64,000 nucleotides of DNA from an uncultured Parachlamydiaceae bacterium (lineage in GTDB: Bacteria > Chlamydiota > Chlamydiia > Chlamydiales > Parachlamydiaceae). How positions within the stretch are numbered: position 1 is the stretch's first letter; each line of letters opens with the position of its first letter. Below the pieces are notes generated by a model. It was not told the DNA's origin. It saw only the letters and a list, made by a program, of their open reading frames with translations, and ran no database searches. Below are positions 9,587 to 18,683 of the stretch, in pieces. The position numbers were made by a program, and so were the translations under genes. Location: assembly GCA_963742415.1 (NCBI GenBank), contig CAVULX010000003.1, forward strand, positions 256,001 to 320,000. The letters run 5' to 3'.

Positions 9587-9646
9587 CAGTTTTTTGGAGT
9601 GCCGCGGCTTGACGTCGCTTTGTTAGGCATCGGCTTGACGATGCCT
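9587..9646. repeat. REP-like palindrome, left flank of TA module
   Basis: CAGTTTTTTGGAGTGCCGCGGCTTGACGTCGCTTTG followed by hairpin AGGCATCG-GCTTGA-CGATGCCT; inverted partner at 10371-10401 and a relative at 37245-37272. Confidence 0.7.
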
Positions 9647-9670
9647 TTGCCTTAGAGCTATGATATCCTA

Positions 9671-9699
9671 TTGACAACTGTTCGCAAATTTGGTAACAT
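9671..9699 (+). promoter_or_regulatory. promoter of HigBA-like operon
   Basis: TTGACA (9671-9676), 17 bp, TAACAT (9694-9699) with extended TG; AGAGG RBS before GTG 9716. Confidence 0.7.
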
Positions 9700-9715
9700 G
9701 ATATAAAGAGGTTAT

Positions 9716-10001
9716 GTGGCTCAGACAAAAGTCGTTTTTTATAAAGAGAAAAATGGAACGGTTCCTGTATTGAAGTGGCTGAATACTATTCCAGAAAAAG
9801 CAAGTGAGGGCAAGTTTGCAAGGGATTCATTATCGCATTCTTTATTTTTTTCACGGCAATATGGCCGCAGTTTTGTCTCATGGAATCATTAAAGAAGATA
9901 GTGTTCCATCTATAGAAATCACCCGAGCGATAGAACGAAGAAATAATTTCGAGAAGAATCCAAAAGTACATACTTTTGAAGAGGAGGATGAAAATGGCTA
10001 A
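9716..10001 (+). pseudogene. RelE/HigB-family (phage Gp49-like) toxin, internally deleted and frameshifted
   Basis: Frame from GTG 9716 gives MAQTKVVFYKEKNGTVPVLKWLNTIPEKA; a different frame continues RASLQGIHYRILYFFHGNMAAVLSHGIIKE; the central segment normally between these parts is absent. Confidence 0.75.
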
Positions 10002-10338
10002 ATCAAAAAATAAAATAACCGATGATGCAGTTAAAATCTTGCATCGCCGTTTTGTTGACGGAAACCCAGAGAAAATGGTCGAACTCGAAAAAATTCGTGC
10101 CGATGATGCTGTTGCAAGAAAAATCTATGATCTACGCACGAAAGCAGGGCTTTCTCAGAGGGAACTTGCTAAATTAGTTGGCACTACCGCATCTGTTATC
10201 TGCCGTTTGGAGGATGCTGATTACGAGGGCCATTCAATGGCTATGCTTAACCGCATTGCTGCGGCACTAAACAAGCGGGTAGAAATTCGGTTTGTGCCTA
10301 TTAGAGAAAACCATCACTCAAAGCCTACTTTCGCATAA
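9994..10338 (+). CDS. HigA-like XRE helix-turn-helix antitoxin
   Basis: LRTKAGLSQRELAKLVGTTASVICRLEDADYEGHS; GAGGAGG RBS; directly downstream of the toxin; start may be 9976. Confidence 0.88.
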   Translation: MAKSKNKITDDAVKILHRRFVDGNPEKMVELEKIRADDAVARKIYDLRTKAGLSQRELAKLVGTTASVICRLEDADYEGHSMAMLNRIAAALNKRVEIRFVPIRENHHSKPTFA

Positions 10339-10370
10339 TAACCTGAACTTTGGGTTTTTCTGCCCTTTGG

Positions 10371-10401
10371 GCTGCGTCAAGCTGCCGCAATCCAAAAAGC
10401 T
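10371..10401. repeat. REP-like palindrome, right flank of TA module
   Basis: GCTGCGTCAAGCTGCCGCAATCCAAAAAGCT is an imperfect reverse complement of 9589-9619. Confidence 0.65.
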
Positions 10402-10443
10402 AACAGGTACGAAGGTCTGCTTTGGCTCTCTGGTATAAAAACA

Positions 10444-10929
10444 TTATTTTCTTGCAGTTTGAATATGGATCCCAATATCGGAAAATTGGGGTTTAGCTAA
10501 TCTTATATAATCTTTAAGTTTTATTTTAATCATGTCTGTATGGGTGCCCGCATTGAAAACAATTTCCTCATCCTCTTCCAGTATTTTATCTGCAAAAACT
10601 TTTAAACCATATAAGTGCCCAAAGGGGGGTTCTGCACCCACTTCGTAGTCTGGAAATAATTTGGTGAGATCATCTTCGGTCGCCATTTCCAGATTTTTTT
10701 TGCCTGTCGCCGCCTTGAGCTTATCCATATCCAGATAATGGATAGCAGGCAATACGCACATAATAAACGAACCGTTCGATTTTACGATCACTGATTTGAT
10801 CACTTGCCTTCCAGGAATATGTTGCGAGCCTGCAATTTCCATCGCTGTGTAAGCCAACGAGTGCTCCAATACTTGATAAGATACTTTTTCTTTTTCAAGA
10901 TAATTTTTGATTTTCGGAGAAATGCCCAT
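10444..10929 (-). CDS. YbaK/EbsC family aminoacyl-tRNA deacylase
   Basis: VIKSVIV, LFPDYEVGAEPPFG, FNAGTH. Confidence 0.9.
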   Translation of the reverse strand: MGISPKIKNYLEKEKVSYQVLEHSLAYTAMEIAGSQHIPGRQVIKSVIVKSNGSFIMCVLPAIHYLDMDKLKAATGKKNLEMATEDDLTKLFPDYEVGAEPPFGHLYGLKVFADKILEEDEEIVFNAGTHTDMIKIKLKDYIRLAKPQFSDIGIHIQTARK

Positions 10930-11001
10930 AAACCTCCTTAAGGTGGGTGAATCAAAGAAAAGCCTCTCTTTATCCTAAAACCAAAATAAAATTTTGTCAA
11001 A

Positions 11002-11541
11002 CTACCGCCTATAGAGATAAATTTTGGTCCGATAAAGATCTTTAACCTCTTGAATTTGAATAGGCTTCCATCCAGGAATGGCAAAAGTGTTGCTCACAAT
11101 CAGAGTGCCAGGCTGCAATTCTTTTTCAAATTTTTCCTTTAGCTTTTCCATAGCTCCCGGATACAGAAAGCAAACAATCAAATGGGCTCCCTTGAGATCT
11201 ACTTGAAAAAAATCTTGTCGTTTAAGCGCTAAATTCCTCTTTGGAAAGGCAAGCAAAAAACCGTAGGAAATCCAATAGGGGATTAACGATGTTTCATAAC
11301 CGATTACATGAGTTTCGGGATAACGAACAGCCAAAGGGAAAACTAATGTTCCCCATCCCGATCCAAGTTCATACACATCCCCCTCCACCTTTTCTGGCAA
11401 CAGTTCAAATAGCCCCTTTTTTACTTTTAGAGAGGTTGGCATTGGACTGATCCCATTCCGTATCGACCAGTACACGATCGACCAAAGAATAAAAAAAATG
11501 AGCAAAATAAAAATAAAGGAGATCGCAAGAGAAAGACTCAT
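11002..11541 (-). CDS. membrane-anchored class I SAM-dependent methyltransferase
   Basis: N-terminal TM, GISPMPTS, YELGSGWG motif I, VSNTFAIPGW. Confidence 0.85.
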   Translation of the reverse strand: MSLSLAISFIFILLIFFILWSIVYWSIRNGISPMPTSLKVKKGLFELLPEKVEGDVYELGSGWGTLVFPLAVRYPETHVIGYETSLIPYWISYGFLLAFPKRNLALKRQDFFQVDLKGAHLIVCFLYPGAMEKLKEKFEKELQPGTLIVSNTFAIPGWKPIQIQEVKDLYRTKIYLYRR

Positions 11542-11630
11542 ATGCTATCTTGATTTCTAGGTTTTAATTTGAGACTCTGACTTATTATTATTTTATACAA
11601 AAATGGATTCTTATCTAAAGGAATCTGCTT

Positions 11631-12659
11631 ATGTCATTTCTGGATGTTCACAGTGAACCTATCGTCAAAGCCATCCACGAACTAATTTCAAGTTGCGGAG
11701 GTGATCCCGCAACCTTCGATAGCGAGTTGGTCATGCAGCTCATCCAAAACAGCCTCCGCCTTTTAACAGAAGGGCATGACACAGGACAGCTCAAATTAAT
11801 TACACGAGCTATGAAAGAGATGCGATACGCTTACCGAATTTTTAATAAGTATAGCGACACAAGGCGCGTCAGTGTTTTTGGTTCAGCTAGGACTCCTGAG
11901 CATCATCCCGATTACCTCGCAGCCAAAGATTTTAGCGTAAAAATGGTGAATGCGGGTTGGGTATGCATCACAGGAGCAGCCAATGGGATTATGAAGGCGG
12001 GCTTAGAGGGGCACAGTGAAGAATCGGGATTTGGCTTATCTATCAAACTCCCGTTTGAAATTCCAACAAATCCTTTCATCGAGGGAGATCCTAAACATAT
12101 TACTTTCCGTTATTTTTTTACGAGAAAGCTGATGTTTCTGAGCCATTCCGATGCAGTGGCCGCTTTTCCTGGAGGTTTTGGGACCATGGATGAACTGTTT
12201 GAAGTTTTGACTCTTCTCCAAACAGGCAAAGCCAACATTATTCCTTTAGTTTTAATGGAGGGAGCTCAAGGACAATACTGGGAAAATTGGCAGCACTTTG
12301 TCACTCAACAGTTTTTGGATAAAGGATGGATAAGTTCTGATGATTTTAACTTGTTTTATTTAGCCTCTTCCCCTCAAGATGCTGTGGATCACATCTATAA
12401 GTTTTATCACCGGTTCCACTCTTATAGATACGTTAAAGATGATTTAATTATCAGGTTGAAAAAACCGATAAACCCTGAATTTCTCGAACTTTTGAATGAA
12501 AAATATGCCATTTTAGTTGAATCGGGAAAAATTTATATCTCACAACCTTACCCTGAAGAAACTAACCATCTAGATTTGCCCCGGCTGGCATTTCATCATA
12601 CCAGAAAAGACTTTGGAGCTTTGCGGGCATTAATCGACGATATTAACGAACTGCCCTAA
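11631..12659 (+). CDS. LOG family nucleotide phosphoribohydrolase (long form)
   Basis: VFGSART, ITGAANGIM, YFFTRKLMF, FPGGFGTMDE. Confidence 0.92.
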   Translation: MSFLDVHSEPIVKAIHELISSCGGDPATFDSELVMQLIQNSLRLLTEGHDTGQLKLITRAMKEMRYAYRIFNKYSDTRRVSVFGSARTPEHHPDYLAAKDFSVKMVNAGWVCITGAANGIMKAGLEGHSEESGFGLSIKLPFEIPTNPFIEGDPKHITFRYFFTRKLMFLSHSDAVAAFPGGFGTMDELFEVLTLLQTGKANIIPLVLMEGAQGQYWENWQHFVTQQFLDKGWISSDDFNLFYLASSPQDAVDHIYKFYHRFHSYRYVKDDLIIRLKKPINPEFLELLNEKYAILVESGKIYISQPYPEETNHLDLPRLAFHHTRKDFGALRALIDDINELP

Positions 12660-12670
12660 TCTTCAACTTA

Positions 12671-12938
12671 ATAGTTCACCACTGAACCGGTGAGATCACA
12701 GACATATTTTGAGATCAATGTGAAGATTACAGGATAAGCATGATCGTAAACGGCAGGATGAGCAGGATAAAAGAAAAAACGATTTTTTTGAACAGTCTTA
12801 ACTTAATCATGTCCGCATGTTCTTACTTTTTATTCAATATCTTGCTTATCCTGCCGTTTACGATCCTGCTTATCCTATTCCTTCTCGAGCCTAGTTACTT
12901 AGGAGCCATTGAGATCACTGGCTCAGTGTTAACCTATG
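12671..12938. repeat. nested palindromic intergenic element (outer IR plus inner 39-bp IR of CAGGATAAG-type units)
   Basis: Inner arms 12731-12769 and 12838-12876 match at 36/39 as inverted repeats; outer arms ATAGTTCACCACTGAACCGGTGA and TCACTGGCTCAGTGTTAACCTAT match at 18/23. Confidence 0.85.
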
Positions 12939-13118
12939 CAAAAGTAAGGTCTTGCGGAACTTTAACAAAAATTGGTAAAATAGCGGGTAATTTTCACTAA
13001 TTCTATTTATACATATTAGTTTTCTTGCAATAAATCACAAGGATTGCTATTTCATGTCTACCCAGATTGAAAAAAGAAACTCTGTTTTTCAGCTTCGATT
13101 TTGATTAGGTCACGAGTT

Positions 13119-13631
13119 ATGAAATGCCCCTACTGCTACCACATAGACCATAAAGTTACTGACTCAAGAGATGCCGCCGAAGGGAATGCCATACGAAGGC
13201 GAAGAGAATGTTTAAATTGCTTGCGACGGTTTACAACTTTTGAGACAATTGAATTGACATTTCAAGTGCATAAACGGGATGGGCGTTACGAAGATTTTCA
13301 GCAGCAAAAGTTAATTAACGGCTTAGATGCTGCTTGCAGACATACAACGGTGAGCCATGACCAAGTGAACGTATTGGCAGCCGAAATTACCGGCGAACTG
13401 ATGCAGAGGCAATCGCGGGAGATAAGTACGACAGAATTGGGTGAAATGGCCATGAAACAACTGCAAGCCCTTGATCCGATTGCTTATATCCGTTTTGCTT
13501 GCGTTTACCGTAGGTTTAAAAATGTGGAAGAATTAATGGATGCTATTCAATCCATTCAATCTAAAGATGATGCTAAACAAAAACAAAAAGTGAAATATGA
13601 GGAGGAATTTGATGGCGCTGAAAAAAAGTGA
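13119..13631 (+). CDS. nrdR: transcriptional repressor NrdR
   Basis: MKCPYC..KVTDSR..IRRRRECLNCLRRFTTFE zinc ribbon; ATP cone; AYIRFACVYRRF. Confidence 0.97.
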   Translation: MKCPYCYHIDHKVTDSRDAAEGNAIRRRRECLNCLRRFTTFETIELTFQVHKRDGRYEDFQQQKLINGLDAACRHTTVSHDQVNVLAAEITGELMQRQSREISTTELGEMAMKQLQALDPIAYIRFACVYRRFKNVEELMDAIQSIQSKDDAKQKQKVKYEEEFDGAEKK

Positions 13632-13977
13632 CGTAGCTAAATTTGAAAAACGTTTGGAGGAGATGCGCGCCCAGCTCACCGAATCGTTAAAGGGATCCAC
13701 AGCAGAAGTTAAGACTCCTGATGAAGCCACCGGTTATTCGCAACACCAGGCCGATCAGGGAACCGATGACTTTGATAGAACGATTAGTTTAGAGGTCACC
13801 ACTCGGGAATATAGTCTTCTCAGGCAAATCGACCGTGCTCTAGAGAAAATTAAAGAAGGGACTTACGGATTTTGCGATATTACTAACGAAGAAATTCCCT
13901 TAGCCCGTTTAGAAGCCGTCCCCTATGCAACAATGACTGTAAAAGCGCAAGAGAAGCTAGAAAAAGGGCTCCTTTGA
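13612..13977 (+). CDS. dksA: DksA/TraR family transcription factor
   Basis: GAGGAGG RBS; HQADQGTD, IDRALEKIKEGTYGFCD..IPLARLEAVPYA; only one Cys in the finger region. Confidence 0.9.
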   Translation: MALKKSDVAKFEKRLEEMRAQLTESLKGSTAEVKTPDEATGYSQHQADQGTDDFDRTISLEVTTREYSLLRQIDRALEKIKEGTYGFCDITNEEIPLARLEAVPYATMTVKAQEKLEKGLL

Positions 13978-14522
13978 CAATCTCATCGTTTTCATCCCAA
14001 CGTTTTGCTCGTAGTAGGCTTGGAAATCCTTGGCTTGCTGCATTCCTAGGTGTGTTGATCTTTCTTGCAGATATTCTGAGCAAATATTGCACGCAGCTTT
14101 ATCTTCCCAGCTACTTTGGGTTTATTGAATACCCCTATGGCGGCATTGCCATTTTTAAAAATTTTTTAGGCATTGAATTTTCCCTTGTCCACGCCACAAA
14201 TCGGGGAGCTGCCTGGGGGCTGTTAGCTGAGTACCAAAATTACCTTTTAGTTCTACGCTGCGGGCTTGTTTTAGGACTTGGTGCTTATTTGTGTTTGTCT
14301 ACAAAGCACCCCGAGTGGCGCATCCCATTGACTTTAATCTTAGCGGGCGCCATTGGCAATATTGCCGATTATTTTCTCTATGGCCATGTGATCGACATGT
14401 TTCATTTTATTTTATGGGGGTATGATTACCCTGTCTTCAACATCGCCGACTCCGCCATTTTTATTGGTATTTGCTGGCTTTTCCTGTGTTCAATTTTTGA
14501 TTCCTCACAAGCAAAACAATGA
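13974..14522 (+). CDS. lspA: lipoprotein signal peptidase II
   Basis: NRGAAWG, GAIGNIAD, VIDMF, VFNIADSAI. Confidence 0.95.
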   Translation: MTISSFSSQRFARSRLGNPWLAAFLGVLIFLADILSKYCTQLYLPSYFGFIEYPYGGIAIFKNFLGIEFSLVHATNRGAAWGLLAEYQNYLLVLRCGLVLGLGAYLCLSTKHPEWRIPLTLILAGAIGNIADYFLYGHVIDMFHFILWGYDYPVFNIADSAIFIGICWLFLCSIFDSSQAKQ

Positions 14523-15217
14523 ACATCCGGATCGCATCTTCTCAAGAACTGCCAATAGAAGTTTCAAAATGGCTTCAGATTCAAGCCTTGCTGGACACTC
14601 CGGAATTGCAGAACCTTTTCCATTTTCTCGGTTCCTTTGAAATTTATCTGACAGGAACCATCACCCCTCAAGGGGAAGGCCTTGTGAGCCATTCTAAATT
14701 TCTTGAGGTCTATAACACATATGTGGAAAACCTTAAGCAAGGGAAACAATTAGAAACTGCCGAAGTTAAACAAATGTTTTCCGCCATTTTCACCGTTTCC
14801 TCCGATCTGTTATACGCTCTTCCTATTGCCGCGGGCAAACAATTGATTAGGGTCTCACGTCCTGTCATCCAATTACAACCCCATTCCTTAGGATATTCTT
14901 CTCATGACCGCAAATTCAGACCTATGGTCCACGGCACCGAAAGCCTCTCATGGGGCCTCCAATTTTCTTACCCGCAACTGTACATGGATCCTTCAACCAA
15001 AGAGATCCTACCCATCAAAGACAATGATTTCTTCCCCAATACCAAACTGTTTCGTCAACTGCAACGTTGGATCCGCAATCACACAATTCCCACCCCCTTT
15101 ATCGTCGATGAAAAAATTGTCAACGTCCCGATCCGTATTGGAAAACAATGCCTTCCCTGGATTAATGAGCACCCACTTTTGAAAAGCAAAAAATTGAGAG
15201 TAAAAACTGATTTTTAA
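14519..15217 (+). CDS. conserved hypothetical protein
   Basis: 232 aa ORF, ATGA-coupled to lspA; WGLQFSYPQLY motif. Confidence 0.8.
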   Translation: MNIRIASSQELPIEVSKWLQIQALLDTPELQNLFHFLGSFEIYLTGTITPQGEGLVSHSKFLEVYNTYVENLKQGKQLETAEVKQMFSAIFTVSSDLLYALPIAAGKQLIRVSRPVIQLQPHSLGYSSHDRKFRPMVHGTESLSWGLQFSYPQLYMDPSTKEILPIKDNDFFPNTKLFRQLQRWIRNHTIPTPFIVDEKIVNVPIRIGKQCLPWINEHPLLKSKKLRVKTDF

Positions 15218-15230
15218 GGTTAACAATTCG

Positions 15231-15716
15231 ATGGACAAAGAGAATATTGCACAAAATTTGCATCGTGTTTTCATAGAGAACAGATGGACACTCAGCGCTG
15301 CTGAATCCTGCACTGGAGGGCGCTTATCAGCTCGTTTAACCACCCTTCCGGGAGCCTCCAAGTATTTTCTGGGCTCTGTCGTTGTTTATTCAAATATGTT
15401 GAAGGTGAACCTTTTGAAAATTTCACCTCAAATCCTTTCCTCTTTTGGCGCCGTCAGCAAGCAAACCGTGGAAGCGATGATTCAAGGGATCTTAGATCTT
15501 ACCCGCAGCGACTATGCCGTGGCTGTTTCGGGCATTGCGGGCCCCGAAGGGGGTTCCTCTGAAAAGCCCATAGGAACTCTATGGGGAGGCTTAGGCAGCC
15601 GCAAAGGAAAGATGCACGTCTGGCAATTTCATCTCCAAGGAACACGGGAGCAAATTATGGAATCTACTGTGGATGTACTCTTGCAAGCCCTTTTGGATTT
15701 TGTGCCTATTGAATAA
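15231..15716 (+). CDS. CinA C-terminal domain protein (NMN deamidase, PncC-like)
   Basis: AESCTGG, GASKYFLG, GAVS, SGIAGPEGG. Confidence 0.92.
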   Translation: MDKENIAQNLHRVFIENRWTLSAAESCTGGRLSARLTTLPGASKYFLGSVVVYSNMLKVNLLKISPQILSSFGAVSKQTVEAMIQGILDLTRSDYAVAVSGIAGPEGGSSEKPIGTLWGGLGSRKGKMHVWQFHLQGTREQIMESTVDVLLQALLDFVPIE

Positions 15717-16605
15717 TGATCCAGCTTTTTGGAATCAGATCTCCTGTGTCTGAACAATATGCCGGATTGAACCACGGGGTAGGAGCCACGACGATTTTTT
15801 CAGGATTCTGGTTCAAATAAGCTCCCCACCATGAGAAGCTGGAATTGCTCACGATATTGTTCTTGCAGAGGCTCATCAGAAAAAGGTCGTGGTAGTGTTT
15901 TTCCCCTTCAATAAAAACGATATCGCGAGGGATGGAAGCGAAGTTTTTTTTGCACCAACCGATTTTATTGGAAAAAACCACAAATAGCGCATCTTCGGGA
16001 AAAAGGGCGATGGCTTTTTTAAAATAATCTAACGGAAGAGTGTTATGCGCCTTCTGCTCCGGATCTTCTCTTATATACGACCGGTAGTGTATGGATACGG
16101 TCTTGGGGTGGTTAATGATCCCTTCATATTTTCCCTTGAGATAGTTCATAATCTCGGTCGAAGGGGCAAAAAGCTGTAAGATCTCGGCTCGATGATGGGC
16201 AAAATACTTCTCAGATTGAAACCAACCAAAGATTTTCATATTTGGCCGATACTGTATAGGCACATAGGAATAACGGGGTTCACGATAAGTATAATTTAAA
16301 GGGCGCATCCCATTTTTAACTTTCACGCGAAAAAGAACTTTTTCATAGTTTTCTTTAAAATTAAAAACGGGATCTGAGGGTTGCACCAAAGTGGGAAAAA
16401 CTGGGATGGCATTATGATCCAGCGCTAAGCTTGTGGCAGCAGCGATCTGAAACATCTGATTGCCCAGCTGCCCCATGAGCTCTGCGGAAACAAATGGTTT
16501 CGCAGCCGAAATAAGAAATATTGGAATTATACTAATTATCGATATCAGTAGAAAAATGGGTCTGAACATAACTTTCCTTAAGTTTGAAGATTTTCTATAT
16601 GTCAA
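15706..16605 (-). CDS. alpha-1,2-fucosyltransferase-like protein (GT11)
   Basis: GQLGNQMFQ, GWFQSEKYF, SIHYR, NSSFSWWGAYL; N-terminal hydrophobic leader; start may be 16569. Confidence 0.92.
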   Translation of the reverse strand: MTYRKSSNLRKVMFRPIFLLISIISIIPIFLISAAKPFVSAELMGQLGNQMFQIAAATSLALDHNAIPVFPTLVQPSDPVFNFKENYEKVLFRVKVKNGMRPLNYTYREPRYSYVPIQYRPNMKIFGWFQSEKYFAHHRAEILQLFAPSTEIMNYLKGKYEGIINHPKTVSIHYRSYIREDPEQKAHNTLPLDYFKKAIALFPEDALFVVFSNKIGWCKKNFASIPRDIVFIEGEKHYHDLFLMSLCKNNIVSNSSFSWWGAYLNQNPEKIVVAPTPWFNPAYCSDTGDLIPKSWIIIQ

Positions 16606-17537
16606 TTCATCTGCTCAGGGAGCCTATGATAGGGCTTTTTGGCGCGGATGTAGGCATCAAAAAAATTTTGCAAATTTGGATCTACTTTGTTTGCATTGAT
16701 GGGGTTGGTCATATTATAGATATAATTTAAATTTTCTATGAATGCATGATGTTCAGCTGCCATTTCTGCTAAGGGGAACATAATTGCCATATCTCCTGTC
16801 ATGATAAAAAATTGTCCTTCATAAAGCAGGTCTTCCAGTTCTATTTTTTTAAAAAGCCACGCATAGCAAGTTCTTAAGTGGGAAGGGCACTTTTCCGATC
16901 GGTAGCTGTGCTGCGCTATCGTTTCAGGTTTAATCGGCTCGCACCAGGCCACAATATTATTTGGATATTCAAGAAGCGTCCCATGAGTATACCAAACGTG
17001 GCCTAGCGAATATATTTCATTCAGCTCCTGGAACACAAACGGATGGTAGAGCCAATCATCCCCATCGACTGTGACAGTAATATCTTCATCCCGGCAGCTA
17101 TGGATCATCCGATATATATTTGCCAAAGGACCCCGCCTGTTCACATTTCTGACCAATGTAAAAAAATGGTATTCTCGATTGACAAGCTGACTAAAAAGAG
17201 CTGTGGCATCCGAAATGCCGCCGGCGATGTTATCGTCAAAATCGATCACCTGAATATCTTTTCCACAATCGACCACGTAGTCGGCAACAAGTTGGGCTGT
17301 TGAATCGGTAGAATGATCATCGACATATATGATTCTAAAATTGGAATAGTGCTGCTTGAAAATAGAATTGAGATTATTTTGATACCATCTCTCGTTGTTA
17401 TAAGAAGGAATAACAACAGTAATCATTTTTTCCCCGTTTTCCTTACTGGAATTGAGTAGAAAAGCAGCATCGAGAGAAGTTAAGCAAAATAAAATGTCCG
17501 CCAATAATATAGCCAATCTTTCGAAAGCCATACGCAT
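16602..17537 (-). CDS. glycosyltransferase family 2 (paralog 1)
   Basis: VVIPSYN, YVDDHSTD, VDGDDW DxD motif; hydrophobic leader. Confidence 0.92.
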   Translation of the reverse strand: MRMAFERLAILLADILFCLTSLDAAFLLNSSKENGEKMITVVIPSYNNERWYQNNLNSIFKQHYSNFRIIYVDDHSTDSTAQLVADYVVDCGKDIQVIDFDDNIAGGISDATALFSQLVNREYHFFTLVRNVNRRGPLANIYRMIHSCRDEDITVTVDGDDWLYHPFVFQELNEIYSLGHVWYTHGTLLEYPNNIVAWCEPIKPETIAQHSYRSEKCPSHLRTCYAWLFKKIELEDLLYEGQFFIMTGDMAIMFPLAEMAAEHHAFIENLNYIYNMTNPINANKVDPNLQNFFDAYIRAKKPYHRLPEQMN

Positions 17538-17617
17538 TTTCTTGTCACGCTTTTCTTTTTACAATTTGAAACATAAATCCCTCCTATTTCATTAATGGAA
17601 ATAGACGATTCCACATG

Positions 17618-18571
17618 TCAATCCATCTGCTCAGGGAGCCTTTGATAGGGCCTTTTGGAACGAATATAACCATCAAAGAAATTCTGCAAATTTGGATCTA
17701 CTTTGTTTTCATTGATCGGGTTGCTGATATTATAAACATAGTTTACATTTTTTATAAATGCATGACGTTCTGCTGCCATTTCTGCTAGAGGGAACATGAT
17801 CGCCATGTCTCCTGTCATGGGGAAAAAATTTTCCCCATACAACAAATCTTCAAGCTGAATTTTTTTAAAAAGCCACGTATAGCACGTTCTTAAATGGGAA
17901 GGGCACTTATGGGAGCGATAGCTATGTTCCGCTATAGTTTCTGCTTTAATTGGCTCGCACCAGGCCACAACATTATTTGGATACTCAATAAGAGTCCCAT
18001 GAGTGAACCACACATGGCCTCTAGAATATACTTCATTTAACTCTTGGAAAACATTTGAATGGTAAAGCCAATCATCTCCATCGACTGTGACAACAATATC
18101 TTCATCCTGACAACTATGAACCATCCGGTATAAATTTTCTAGAGGTCCCCGCCTGTTCACATTCCTGACCAATGTAAAAAAATGGTCCTCCTGGTTGACA
18201 AGTTGGCTAAAAAGAGCTGCCGCCTCAACGATACCGCCGACATCGCTATCGTCAAAGTCGATCACCTGAATATCTCTTCCACAATCTTGAACGTAACCGG
18301 CCACAAGTTGAGTTGTCGAATCGGTAGAATGGTCATCGACGTAAATGACTTTGAAATTGGTATATTTCTGGCAAAAAATAGAATTGAGATTTTTTTGGCA
18401 CCATGCTGCATTATTATAAGAAGGGATAACAACAGTAATCCTTTTTTCCCTATTCTCTATTTCCGTATTGTGCAAAAAAGCATTGAGTGATGTTGAATAT
18501 AATAAAAAGATAATTATCAAAAATGCATCCCATTTTTCTAAGAGGATGTATTCAAACTTAGAATATTTCAT
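17618..18571 (-). CDS. glycosyltransferase family 2 (paralog 2, tandem duplicate)
   Basis: Same motifs; long runs identical to the 16602-17537 protein. Confidence 0.92.
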   Translation of the reverse strand: MKYSKFEYILLEKWDAFLIIIFLLYSTSLNAFLHNTEIENREKRITVVIPSYNNAAWCQKNLNSIFCQKYTNFKVIYVDDHSTDSTTQLVAGYVQDCGRDIQVIDFDDSDVGGIVEAAALFSQLVNQEDHFFTLVRNVNRRGPLENLYRMVHSCQDEDIVVTVDGDDWLYHSNVFQELNEVYSRGHVWFTHGTLIEYPNNVVAWCEPIKAETIAEHSYRSHKCPSHLRTCYTWLFKKIQLEDLLYGENFFPMTGDMAIMFPLAEMAAERHAFIKNVNYVYNISNPINENKVDPNLQNFFDGYIRSKRPYQRLPEQMD

Positions 18572-18683
18572 ATTCGAGTCCTTTTCTTTTCGGTTGAATA
18601 TCTCAATCTCATTTTATTTATTGATTCTGTAATTCAGTTCAAGTAAATTAATTTTTTTACTTTGAACAGGTGAATAATCCCTT

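Noticed and set aside
12740-13000. 86-aa ORF
   Set aside because: It is a translation of the palindromic 9-bp-unit repeat (ILLILP/ILLILF), not a credible gene.
13612-13977. DksA lacking the four-Cys zinc finger as a novelty
   Set aside because: Zinc-free DksA variants are already known.
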